Source: Aulosira sp. ZfuVER01 (GTDB lineage Bacteria; Cyanobacteriota; Cyanobacteriia; Cyanobacteriales; Nostocaceae). Taken from it: a stretch of 64,000 nucleotides of DNA. The notes below the pieces were generated by a model that was not told the origin of the DNA, made no database searches, and saw only the letters and a program-made list of their open reading frames with translations. Both the position numbers and the translations under genes were made by a program. Below, piece after piece: positions 1-9,197 of this stretch. The stretch lies in the NCBI GenBank assembly GCA_034530615.2, contig JAVRCV020000034.1, positions 1-64,000 on the forward strand, read 5' to 3'. Position 1 is the first letter of the stretch. Each line of letters opens with the position of its first letter.

Positions 1-55
1 AAGTGAAATCCTTTCACTGTAAGAGATTTAACATTTTGGCTAAAGATAAAATTAA

Positions 56-391
56 TTTGTTTATCTCTGTTCATTTTCTTACTACAGCGAGATGGAAGCG
101 ATCGGGATTAAGCTGTATCGCTACAAACATGGATTTATGCACCAAAAAATTATCCTCATCGATGATGATATGGCAGGGGTAGGAACAGTCAACTTAGATA
201 ATCGCTCATTCTTCCTCAACTTTGAAGTCATGGGTTTTGTAGCTGCACCCCAATTTGTGGAAAGTGTAGAGAAAATGTTAAAGGATGATTTGGCTGTTTC
301 TGTTGCTGTTGATTTTTCTGAATATTATAAAAAACCTCTGTGGTTTAAGTTAGCTGTAAGAATTTCTCGGTTACTGATGCCATTGTTGTAA
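56..391 (+). pseudogene. cls: 3' part of cardiolipin synthase (PLD family), 5'-truncated or interrupted
   Basis: Second HKD motif (HQKIILIDD...GTVNLDNRSFFLNFE). The frame extends back to FVYLCSFSYYSEM at 56, then an in-frame TAA at 53-55; no other frame continues the protein upstream. Confidence 0.75.
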
Positions 392-588
392 AAAGTATTT
401 ACTTATTAACTCGATACAACAATCCTAATTTGTTGGTAAACATCGCTTTTCCTCTGATTTTGAAGCCACAGCATATCATATATACCTCTGTTTCACTGCT
501 GTTTTATCTCAACAGTTAGATGTACCTCTTTTTGCATCATGCAACGCTATGAGAGCTACTGATAACGATTTCTGGGAAAGATAAATTT

Positions 589-1626
589 GTGGATATCAGC
601 AGACGAGATTTATTCAAAGTAGTGTCTACTTCCGGTTTAGTTGCAGCGGGATTGGCAGGTGGGGAAAGTTTATTCTCTCAATTATCAGCCCAAAATCCAC
701 CCGCTACAACTCAGACGACAAGCGGCGAAATGATCTATAGAACCTTGGGACGGACAGGAGAAAAAGTATCTGTTATAGGTTTAGGTGGTCATCATATTGG
801 ACGACCAAAAGACGAGCAAGAGGGTATACGTCTCATCCGTACTGCTATCGATCGCGGCATTAATTTCATGGATAATAGCTGGGACTACCATAACGGAGGT
901 AGCGAAATTCGCATGGGTAAGGCCCTCAAAGACGGTTATCGGCAAAAGGCCTTCCTGATGACTAAAATAGACGGACGAACTAAACAAGCAGCTACTAAGC
1001 AAATTAACGATTCTCTCCAACGGTTGCAGACAGATCGGATTGATTTGCTACAGCATCATGAAATCATTCGGATGGAAGATCCAGACCGAGTATTTGCTCC
1101 TGGTGGGGCGATGGAAGCTGTCTTAGAAGCACAAAAAGCAGGTAAGATTCGCTACATTGGCTTTACCGGGCACAAAGATCCTCTTGTTCACTTAAGGATG
1201 CTCGAAGTTGCTGCTCAAAATAACTTCCGTTTCGATACAGTACAGATGCCATTGAATGTAATGGATGCCCACTTCCGGAGTTTTGAACGCCAAGTTCTAC
1301 CTAGACTTGTCAAGGATGGAATTGGTGTGTTGGGGATGAAATCGATGGGAGACCAAAATATTCTGAAAAGTAATACAGTTAAACCCATCGAATGCCTACA
1401 TTATGCAATGAATCTGCCGACTTCAACGGTAATTACAGGTATTGAAAGTATGGAAATCCTTAACCAAGCGTTTGAGGTAGTACGTACATTTCAGCCAATG
1501 AGCCAACAACAAGTTAGAGAATTGCTAAATCGTACTCGTCAAGTGGCTTTAAAAGGTCAGTATGAGCCGTTTAAAACTACTAGTCAATTTGATAGTACAG
1601 CTAAGAATCCTGAGTGGTTAGGATAA
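589..1626 (+). CDS. Aldo/keto reductase with Tat signal peptide
   Basis: SRRDLFK twin-arginine leader; YRTLGRTGEKVSVIGLG, DNSWDY, IDLLQHH and GKIRYIGFTGH AKR motifs. Confidence 0.9.
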   Translation: MDISRRDLFKVVSTSGLVAAGLAGGESLFSQLSAQNPPATTQTTSGEMIYRTLGRTGEKVSVIGLGGHHIGRPKDEQEGIRLIRTAIDRGINFMDNSWDYHNGGSEIRMGKALKDGYRQKAFLMTKIDGRTKQAATKQINDSLQRLQTDRIDLLQHHEIIRMEDPDRVFAPGGAMEAVLEAQKAGKIRYIGFTGHKDPLVHLRMLEVAAQNNFRFDTVQMPLNVMDAHFRSFERQVLPRLVKDGIGVLGMKSMGDQNILKSNTVKPIECLHYAMNLPTSTVITGIESMEILNQAFEVVRTFQPMSQQQVRELLNRTRQVALKGQYEPFKTTSQFDSTAKNPEWLG

Positions 1627-1647
1627 CAGTGAAATTATTCATCTAAG

Positions 1648-1683
1648 CTAAATCTGCACTGGCAATAGACAGTGCAGATTTAG
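1648..1683. terminator. Hairpin between convergent genes (probable bidirectional terminator)
   Basis: CTAAATCTGCACTG / CAGTGCAGATTTAG perfect 14-bp inverted repeat. Confidence 0.7.
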
Positions 1684-1742
1684 TACAACTTGGTACAAGA
1701 AACTTATGTGCGATCGCAAATCGCAACTACAGCATTAGGAAC

Positions 1743-2138
1743 CTAGCGTTTTACTGTGTTAGAGATATCTCTACCAGCCCGTGCTGCACTATCCTTAACA
1801 TCACCAGCAGTTTCTTTAGCGCCTTCTACGTAGCCAGAGCCAAATTCTTTAAAAGCTTCTCCTGATTGTTGCCCAATGCGCTGAAGTCTTTCACCAGGAG
1901 CGTCTTTGGTTTCCCGTGCTTCTCTATTCCATTCACCTATTGTTTTAGGTCTTTGAGCATTATTCTGCTCTACTTTTTCCCGTGCTTGGTCGCGCAGTTC
2001 TCTGCTGCTACGCCCATCATAAACATTTGTTGTCAGTACTATCAAACCAACTAAGGCGACAGCCATAAAGCGTTGTACTTGAAATCCCTTCAGCAAAGAA
2101 CTGATGTGAGCGATCGCGTTAGAAATCAAATTTATCAT
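1743..2138 (-). CDS. Hypothetical membrane-anchored hydrophilic protein
   Basis: One hydrophobic helix followed by a charged, LEA-like tail; start codon uncertain (2138 or 2159). Confidence 0.7.
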   Translation of the reverse strand: MINLISNAIAHISSLLKGFQVQRFMAVALVGLIVLTTNVYDGRSSRELRDQAREKVEQNNAQRPKTIGEWNREARETKDAPGERLQRIGQQSGEAFKEFGSGYVEGAKETAGDVKDSAARAGRDISNTVKR

Positions 2139-2458
2139 GCCAATACTCCGTTGGTACATTCTCGATATTTTGCAAATTTTCGAGATATCATTGGCTCACT
2201 CCAAAGTTGGCTAATCACATGAGAACCTAAACTTAGTTTCTGCTTTGTAATTAACCTAACCAATGGAATTATGGATTTAGGATTTTGCAGCCAATTGTCT
2301 CTTTTGATTACAAATCCAGAGTAACTATAAAAAATTAATTATCCCTCTAACAAAAGTTATAGCTTGGTGAGAAATTATCTTTACTTATCTAATCAACGAT
2401 AAACATGAGCGCAGGATAGCGATCGCTATTTTTCTCAAAACGCGATCGCTATCATTAA

Positions 2459-2833
2459 TTAACTTGTAACCGTCACCGATTTTTTGCGGGAAGGACGCTT
2501 GCGGTCTGATTTTTTCTTCAATCCCACTGCTTGCGCTTGATCGCTATCTGAGCCATATTGCCCGCGTACAACTTCTTTCATTGCTATGATCGCATTATGG
2601 AATTCCCATTCTGCCAATCTAGCAGCATCAGCCGCAGCACGGTATGAAGCTAGTTTCTCGATTTCCGCTTGTTGCTGCACCATCATCGCCTGATAAGCTT
2701 GCTGTATGTGTGTAACAGAAGCATCAGTACGAGATGTGTCATAAGTGCCGATGGTTTGTAAACCGTGCAATGAGTCAACATCTTGACTAATGACTAAAGG
2801 ACGCAAACGATTTGTTGTATTTTGAAGAGCCAT
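2459..2833 (-). CDS. Conserved hypothetical helical protein (124 aa) with basic C-terminus
   Basis: Clean ORF with helical A/Q-rich core, QYGSDSD motif and KKKSDRKRPSRKK tail. Confidence 0.8.
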   Translation of the reverse strand: MALQNTTNRLRPLVISQDVDSLHGLQTIGTYDTSRTDASVTHIQQAYQAMMVQQQAEIEKLASYRAAADAARLAEWEFHNAIIAMKEVVRGQYGSDSDQAQAVGLKKKSDRKRPSRKKSVTVTS

Positions 2834-2954
2834 AAATAGTTACGTAGTAAACTATATATTTAACGTGCCCATTACAACAAAAAAAATAGCAGTAAGATGA
2901 AATATTCAGCTACAACAAGATGAGAGAGAGTTGGTTAACGCTTTGCAAATCTAT

Positions 2955-3150
2955 GTATTGGCATAACAGAGCGACGTATTAATATAACAGAGCGACGTAT
3001 TGGCATAACGGCCCGATGTATTAACATAACAGCCCGACGTATTGGCATAACAGAGCGACGTATTAACATAACAGCCCGACGTATTGGCATAACAGCCCGA
3101 TGTATTAACATAACAGCCCAATGTATTGGCATAACAGCCCGACGTATTAA
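2955..3150. repeat. 21-bp tandem array (9 units plus a partial), alternating subtypes
   Basis: Units of the form GTATT(GG/AA)CATAACAG(AG/CC)CGA(C/T); GG and AA variants strictly alternate, giving 42-bp higher-order periodicity. Confidence 0.95.
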
Positions 3151-3310
3151 TGGCGCAAGCGAGAAGTGTTGCTATTTAGCTGTAATAATTATGGCGATCG
3201 CTCATAGTTGCATTGTGCAACAGGGGGTAGAAAAAGCGATCGCTAATTTTGTACACTGCATTAGCTCTTGTGTAATACCGTTTCTCTTTAATTATGATAT
3301 CAATACGCTG

Positions 3311-3592
3311 GTAAGGGCACGGCAATGCTTATTGGTGTCAACTTAAACTTAGATGCATACAGCGTAAGTCTTTGGGGTTCTCTCTCTTTACACCATAAAC
3401 TTTCGATCCCCCCTAACCCCCCTTGAAAAAGGGGGGGAAAAGAATCAAAGTCCCCCTTTTTAAGGGGAGCCACTGCGTTGCGGGGGTTCCCCCGGTTGTA
3501 GCAAGTGGCGTGGATTTAGGGGGATCAAATATCTTGAGTAACAAAGCCTTTCACGTTCAGTTGACACAGGCGGACAATGCTGTGCCCTTTAC
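3311..3592. repeat. Nested stack of small dispersed/REP-like repeats
   Basis: Outer GTAAGGGCAC..GTGCCCTTTAC; inner GTGTCAACT..AGTTGACAC; inner GATCCCCCCTAA..TTAGGGGGATC; innermost 44-bp insert at 3468-3511. Confidence 0.75.
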
Positions 3593-3670
3593 GGACTAGG
3601 ATTTGAGCTTATACTGATTATTCATACAGCTTAAGCAACAACTTCAGCCCTTAATCAGTCAACTTCCTGC

Positions 3671-6600
3671 ATGAACGCTGATTTTCAAGAATACCTAGAA
3701 TCAGTCTGCCACACTTATCAATGTTGGTGGCAAAAGTACACCATTACAGATGTAGAAGGGCGTAGACAAAACTCACCGTTTGAGGGCTTGATGGTAGCAA
3801 CGGTGTCGCCAAAGCAAGACAACCGAGGTGATACCCAGGAGAAGACAGAACGCTTACCAGTGCAGGAAGGGTTACGTAAATATGCAGAGAATCATGTATT
3901 ACTTGTAGGTAAACCAGGTTCAGGCAAATCTACAGCGTTAGCGCGGCTGTTGTTGGAAGAAGCAGAGAAAGCAAAATCTCTAGGCGATTCGGGGTGCATA
4001 CCCGTGCTGGTGGAGTTGCGGCAATACACAACTTCAGTGCTGGATTTGATACAAAATTTTTTGCATCGGCATGGATTATATATAGATGTAGAAATCAAAA
4101 CCTTGTTGCGTAATCGGCAATTGTTGCTGCTTGTGGATGGGGTAAACGAGTTACCCAATGAAGAAGCACGGCGAGAGTTAAAAACTTTTCGGGAAAATCA
4201 CCCCAAAACCCCCATGATTTTCACTACGCGAGATTTGGGTGTAGGTGGCGATTTGGGAATTGAGCAAAAGCTGGAAATGCAACCCCTAACAGAAGAACAG
4301 ATGCAGCAGTTTATCCGCGCCTATTTACCCGAAACAGGTGAGGAAATGCTACAGCGCTTAGGTGAAAGATTGCGCTCTTTTGGGGAAACGCCCTTGCTGC
4401 TGTGGATGTTGTGTGAGTTATTTCAACAAACAAACGATATACCGCCAAATTTAGGTTTAGTGTTTCGACAGTTTACGCAATTTTATGACAGCCAAATCAA
4501 AGATGATGTTCGAGTAGTTGAGGAGTTGCGCTGCTGGTGGAAGCAGTCATTAGAAGCATTGGCTTTCACCATGATGCAAGGAGAAACGCCAACAGAATTG
4601 CGAGTCATCATTGATAGGCTTGAGGCGGAAGAAATTTTGACGAAGTTTCTGGAAGGAAAAGTTGATTATCCGCCTACTCGCGCCAAAGAATTGCTGAAAG
4701 ATTTACTCAAGCATCATTTAATCCAAATTAGTAGCAATGAAAAAATAGAGTTTCGCCACCAGCTGATTCAGGAATACTACGCTGCGGAATGCCTACTTCA
4801 GAAGCTTCCTTATATTAGTAATGAGAAGTTGAAACGGGATTATCTAAATTATTTAAAGTGGACAGAACCCTTAGCGCTAATGTTGGCTTTAGTGGAGAAA
4901 GAAGCGCAAGCAGTAGAGGTGGTGAAGTTAGCGCTAGAGGTGGATTTGAATTTAGGAGCAAGGTTAGCAGGAGAGGTAAAGCCGGAGTTTCAGAAGAAAA
5001 CTGTTGATTTTATTCTAGAGTTAGAAGTTTCTGAATCGCTCAAGATAGAGTTTTTAGGGAATGCTCGCTCTGTGCATGGAGTTGCATTTTTAATTAAGGG
5101 ACTACAAAATCAAGATTCTGATGTGCGTATAATTGCCGCAGAAGCATTAGGAGAAATCAAAGATAGCCAAGCAGTAGCACCATTGATTAATGCTTTGAAC
5201 CATCAAGATTCTGATTTGCGTATAACTGCCGCAGAAGCATTAGGAGAAATCAAAGATAGCCAAGCAGTAGCACCATTGATTAATGCTTTGAACCATCAAG
5301 ATTCTGATTTGCGTATAACTGCCGCAAAAGCATTAGGAAAAATCAAAAATAGCCAAGCGGTAGCAGCATTGATTCAATCTTTACACGATCAAGATTCTTG
5401 GGTGCGTATTGCTGCCGCAAAAGCATTAGGAAAAATCAAAAATAGCCAAGCGGTAGCACCATTGATTAATGCTTTGCATGATCAGGATTCTTTGGTGCGT
5501 ATAATTGCCGCAGAAGCATTAGGAGAAATCAAAGATAGCCAAGCAGTAGCAGCATTGATTCAAAGATTGAATCATCAAGATTTTGATGTGCGTATAACTG
5601 CCGCAAAAGCATTAGTAAAAATCAAAGATAATCAAGCAGTAGCAGCATTGATTAAAGATTTGAATCATCAAGATTTTGATGTGCGTGTAATTGCCGCATA
5701 TGTATTAGGAGAAATCAAAGATAGCCAAGCAGTAGCACCATTGATTCAATCTTTGCACGATCAATATTATTATGTGCGTATAATTGCCGCAGAAGCATTA
5801 GGAGAAATCAAAGATAGCCAAGCAGTAGCACCATTGATTAATGCTTTGAACCATCAAGATTCTGATTTGCGTATAACTGCCGCAAAAGCATTAGGAAAAA
5901 TCAAAAATAGCCAAGCGGTAGCAGCATTGATTCAATCTTTACACGATCAAGATTCTTGGGTACGTATTGCTGCCGCAGAAGCATTAGGAGAAATCAAAGA
6001 TAGCCAAGCGGTAGCACCATTGATTCAATCTTTGCACGATCAAGATTCTTCGGTGCGTATTGCTGCCGCAGAAGCATTAGGAGAAATCAAAGATAATCAA
6101 GCGGTAGCACCATTGATTCAATCTTTGCACGATCAAGATTCTTCGGTGCGTATTGCTGCCGCAGAAGCATTAGGAGAAATCAAAGATAGCCAGGCGGTAG
6201 CACCATTGATTCATGCTTTGAATGATCCTGTTTCTTATGTGCGTATTGCTGCCACAAAAGCATTAGGAGAAATCAAAGATAGCCAGGCGGTAGCACCATT
6301 GATTCATGCTTTGAATGATCCTGATTCTGGTGTGCGTAGTATTGCCGCAAATGCATTAGGAAAAATCAAAGATGCCCAGGCGATAGCACTATTGATTTAT
6401 GCTTTGAATGATCCTGATTCTGAGGTGTGTAGTCGTGCCGCAGATGCATTAGGAGAAATCTGTAGTTCTGAAGTACTTCCTCAAATGTGGAAATTACGAT
6501 TAACTGGGGTAAACAGTGCAAAAAATATCATTTCAAAGATTCAAGAGCGTTACAAGTTTTATAACCATGAAATTTTTCATTCTGCCTCAATAGAAACCGC

Positions 6601-7678
6601 CACTCAAACAGAATCAAAAACAATGCAATATCAAAATTTTCAAATATTAGTTGATAAAAATAACCAAATTCGCGCCTCTTCAGAACAAGGTGATGTTTCG
6701 GCTGAATTCCGCTTAGACATGAACGAAATTGAACTAGCCTTAGAACTGATTGAATTGAACAAAACAAATGATAAATTACTCAAAAGATTAGGAAACCAAC
6801 TTTACCAAGCGCTGTTTCCAAACCAAATTAACGCTCGCTTCCATGCCACAATGGCAGGGGCACAAGCAAATCAAGAAAGCGTTCGTTTGCGCTTAATATT
6901 TCAATCTCCCCAATTAGCCGCACTCCCCTGGGAATTCCTCTATGACGCAGAAACCAATACCTTTTTAGGAAACAACATCCAAACAGTACTGTCTCGCTAT
7001 ATTGACGTTCCCCTGCAAAAACGCGATATCATAACCGCTAAGTTACCCCTAAAAGTGCTACTCGTCATTTCATCTCCTACTGACTTAGCTAAATTAGACG
7101 CAACTGGCGAAGCAACGCTGATTAACTCAGCGCTGGAAACACACATCAAAGCAGGTCAAATAGAATTAGATATTATCAAAGAAGCTACCACCCGCAACAT
7201 TAATCAAAAGCTGCGCGAAAAACCCTACAATATATTCCACTTCATCGGGCATGGTGTTTTTAAAGACAACAAAGGCCACATTGCCCTGGAAGATGACAAT
7301 AAGCAAGCTAAATTGATGGATGAAGAAAGTTTCGCCAACTTTTTTTTAGGCTACCGCAGCTTGGGGTTAGCTGTACTCAATTCCTGTCAAGGTGCAGAGG
7401 TGTCAGAGCAGCAAATCTTTACCGGAATCGCACCCAATCTCGTACAACGGGGAATACCTGCGGTAGTTGCGATGCAATATTCTATCCGTGACACCACCGC
7501 CAAGATTTTTGCCGATGAATTTTACCGCACCCTGGCTCTCGGCTATCCTGTAGACGCTGCTATTCAAACAACCCGCAACGCCATCTCAATAGAAGTCGGA
7601 TTAAATCAACGCGATTTTGCTACACCAGTACTATATATGCGTGCAAAGGATGGCATCATCTTGGATTTTCCTACATAA
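3671..7678 (+). CDS. NACHT NTPase + ~15 HEAT/PBS-like repeats + C-terminal CHAT (caspase-family) protease
   Basis: Walker A GKPGSGKST, Walker B LLLVDGVNE, FRHQLIQEYYAA; 31-aa repeats; CHAT motifs LPWEFLYD, FHFIGHG, VLNSC, VVAMQY, FATPVLY. Confidence 0.9.
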   Translation: MNADFQEYLESVCHTYQCWWQKYTITDVEGRRQNSPFEGLMVATVSPKQDNRGDTQEKTERLPVQEGLRKYAENHVLLVGKPGSGKSTALARLLLEEAEKAKSLGDSGCIPVLVELRQYTTSVLDLIQNFLHRHGLYIDVEIKTLLRNRQLLLLVDGVNELPNEEARRELKTFRENHPKTPMIFTTRDLGVGGDLGIEQKLEMQPLTEEQMQQFIRAYLPETGEEMLQRLGERLRSFGETPLLLWMLCELFQQTNDIPPNLGLVFRQFTQFYDSQIKDDVRVVEELRCWWKQSLEALAFTMMQGETPTELRVIIDRLEAEEILTKFLEGKVDYPPTRAKELLKDLLKHHLIQISSNEKIEFRHQLIQEYYAAECLLQKLPYISNEKLKRDYLNYLKWTEPLALMLALVEKEAQAVEVVKLALEVDLNLGARLAGEVKPEFQKKTVDFILELEVSESLKIEFLGNARSVHGVAFLIKGLQNQDSDVRIIAAEALGEIKDSQAVAPLINALNHQDSDLRITAAEALGEIKDSQAVAPLINALNHQDSDLRITAAKALGKIKNSQAVAALIQSLHDQDSWVRIAAAKALGKIKNSQAVAPLINALHDQDSLVRIIAAEALGEIKDSQAVAALIQRLNHQDFDVRITAAKALVKIKDNQAVAALIKDLNHQDFDVRVIAAYVLGEIKDSQAVAPLIQSLHDQYYYVRIIAAEALGEIKDSQAVAPLINALNHQDSDLRITAAKALGKIKNSQAVAALIQSLHDQDSWVRIAAAEALGEIKDSQAVAPLIQSLHDQDSSVRIAAAEALGEIKDNQAVAPLIQSLHDQDSSVRIAAAEALGEIKDSQAVAPLIHALNDPVSYVRIAATKALGEIKDSQAVAPLIHALNDPDSGVRSIAANALGKIKDAQAIALLIYALNDPDSEVCSRAADALGEICSSEVLPQMWKLRLTGVNSAKNIISKIQERYKFYNHEIFHSASIETATQTESKTMQYQNFQILVDKNNQIRASSEQGDVSAEFRLDMNEIELALELIELNKTNDKLLKRLGNQLYQALFPNQINARFHATMAGAQANQESVRLRLIFQSPQLAALPWEFLYDAETNTFLGNNIQTVLSRYIDVPLQKRDIITAKLPLKVLLVISSPTDLAKLDATGEATLINSALETHIKAGQIELDIIKEATTRNINQKLREKPYNIFHFIGHGVFKDNKGHIALEDDNKQAKLMDEESFANFFLGYRSLGLAVLNSCQGAEVSEQQIFTGIAPNLVQRGIPAVVAMQYSIRDTTAKIFADEFYRTLALGYPVDAAIQTTRNAISIEVGLNQRDFATPVLYMRAKDGIILDFPT
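5111..6470 (+). repeat. Intragenic 93-bp tandem repeat encoding HEAT repeats
   Basis: About 15 near-identical 93-bp units; unit starts at 5111 and 6413 are exactly 14 x 93 apart. Confidence 0.95.
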
Positions 7679-7707
7679 CATTATGTTCGGTTGCTCAGTT
7701 AGAAAAC

Positions 7708-7808
7708 GTCATTGCGAGCGAAGCGTAGACACGAAGTAGCTGCCCGAAGGGTAGTAATTACAAGTCCTCTGTGATTGCTTCGCTTCACTTCGTTACGCTC
7801 GCAATGAC
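7708..7808. repeat. REP-like palindrome GTCATTGCGAGCG...CGCTCGCAATGAC with a small internal insert
   Basis: 13-bp terminal inverted repeat; insert TAGACACGAAGTAGCTGCCCGAAGGGTA. Confidence 0.65.
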
Positions 7809-7877
7809 AAAGTATTTATCCCAACTTGATATAATACACATCGAGAAATAGCGATCGCACTTCGCATCCACACTGAA

Positions 7878-7923
7878 ATTAATTAACTTGCGGACGTATT
7901 AACATCACAGCCCGATGTATTAA
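7878..7923. repeat. Collapsed second copy of the 124-aa gene end plus 21-bp repeat
   Basis: ATTAATTAACTTG (same as 2454-2466, spanning the stop codon of the 124-aa gene) followed after a few bases by GTATTAACATCACAGCCCGATGTATTAA. Confidence 0.75.
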
Positions 7924-8061
7924 GATTGCAGAAGGTTGTTTTTTGATCGATGCCAAATCAATTGACTACATTAATTCTACGTATAATTGCATAGACACAA
8001 GCTTTCGCACTGGCTGCGATCGCATTTTTATCTCTAGCACTATATTGACAGGTGCAATCAT

Positions 8062-8133
8062 GCCCAATGGTACAAAGTATAAAAGTCCCTCTGTTTCACG
8101 GAGGAGATAACCGTTCGATTCGGTTTACTGCCA
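8062..8133 (+). ncRNA. Degenerate tRNA-Glu(TTC)-like RNA or pseudo-tRNA
   Basis: Anticodon arm CCTCT-GTTTCAC-GGAGG; T arm AACCG-TTCGATT-CGGTT; ends TACTGCCA; 5' acceptor strand and D arm do not fold properly. Confidence 0.55.
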
Positions 8134-8135
8134 CT

Positions 8136-8207
8136 AGCAACGTAGTTCAAACAGCAGAATTCTTTGGAGTAGACTAAGAGATGCGGGTGCGAATCCCGCC
8201 GTTGCTA
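8136..8207 (+). ncRNA. tRNA-like RNA with non-canonical anticodon arm
   Basis: Perfect acceptor AGCAACG/CGTTGCT; TA-GTTC..GAAT D arm; T arm GCGGG-TGCGAAT-CCCGC; 72 nt; anticodon arm pairs only TCTT/AAGA. Confidence 0.7.
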
Positions 8208-9197
8208 TGCAGAATGCATAATTTCGTCTACTGCTGCACAAGCCTTATGGAAGCGTTCTTCCCAGGAACCGCTAATTAGAACGTAGCGCCTATTTCTTGA
8301 TTGCAATTCTTGAATACAGCGATCGCGAAACTCTATTCTTAGATGAGGTAGGTAGCGCTGATTATCATCAACCCAAGGCACATCTACATCTAGCACTAGA
8401 TATAAATCATACTGTCGCTGTTCTGCTTGTTGATAAATCCACTGAGGACATTTACCAAACAGCACATCACTCCAAATGATAGTGGTTATCAGGTCAGTAT
8501 CGCAGAACATCACGCGGTTTGCCTGCCTAGCTAATGCATCTTCAGAAGCAATTTGTCCCCTAGCAATCAGTTCGATATCTGCAAAATCACATCTACCATC
8601 TTTAGGATCTAGCAAACCACGGGCATACTCGCTGATATAAACTGTGTTGTAATGTGCTGCCAAGTTTTGCGCTAGGGTTGATTTACCTGTAGATTCTGGC
8701 CCAAAGATGCAAACACGACGCAGGAAATAAGGACGGACACAAGGCGGGATATAATGCCAGTGAGCGATCGCATTTTGCCTCACCTTCGTTCCAGAAATTG
8801 GTACTAAACTGCGAGCATAGTCTACAGGAATATAATTTGCTCCCAATATTTCCGCCAGCTTCCAACCATAATCTTCTGATGCAAATACGTAGTCAGGGCC
8901 AGTTGGTAGCACCCGGCGAATAGTATCATGCCAAATCTGCCAAAAATCTGGGTGTTCCTGTGGTTCTTGGGGATTTTCATCAGTTACATACACCACATTC
9001 ACATCAGGAAACATCTCTCGCATCCAGCCATAGCGGAGATGTCCGGGAATTGGCTCAGATTTAATCGAACAAACTAGAACTGTGAGATGGTTAACATAGT
9101 TACGGGCAAAATCAACAAGGTATTGATGTCCAAGATGCGGCGGCATAAATTTGCCGAGAATCATACCAGTAGCCGCTTTTTGAAAGCCTTGTTCCAT
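8205..9197 (-). CDS. nadR: NadR-type NMN adenylyltransferase / ribosylnicotinamide kinase (no HTH domain)
   Basis: GKFMPPHLGH nucleotidyltransferase motif, ISGTKVR, GPESTGKST P-loop, CDTD; adjacent to pnuC. Confidence 0.85.
   Translation of the reverse strand: MEQGFQKAATGMILGKFMPPHLGHQYLVDFARNYVNHLTVLVCSIKSEPIPGHLRYGWMREMFPDVNVVYVTDENPQEPQEHPDFWQIWHDTIRRVLPTGPDYVFASEDYGWKLAEILGANYIPVDYARSLVPISGTKVRQNAIAHWHYIPPCVRPYFLRRVCIFGPESTGKSTLAQNLAAHYNTVYISEYARGLLDPKDGRCDFADIELIARGQIASEDALARQANRVMFCDTDLITTIIWSDVLFGKCPQWIYQQAEQRQYDLYLVLDVDVPWVDDNQRYLPHLRIEFRDRCIQELQSRNRRYVLISGSWEERFHKACAAVDEIMHSA

Noticed and set aside
2955..3150. CRISPR array (also considered for 21191-21353 and 49101-49374)
   Set aside because: Contiguous tandem units with no unique spacers, and no cas genes in the window.
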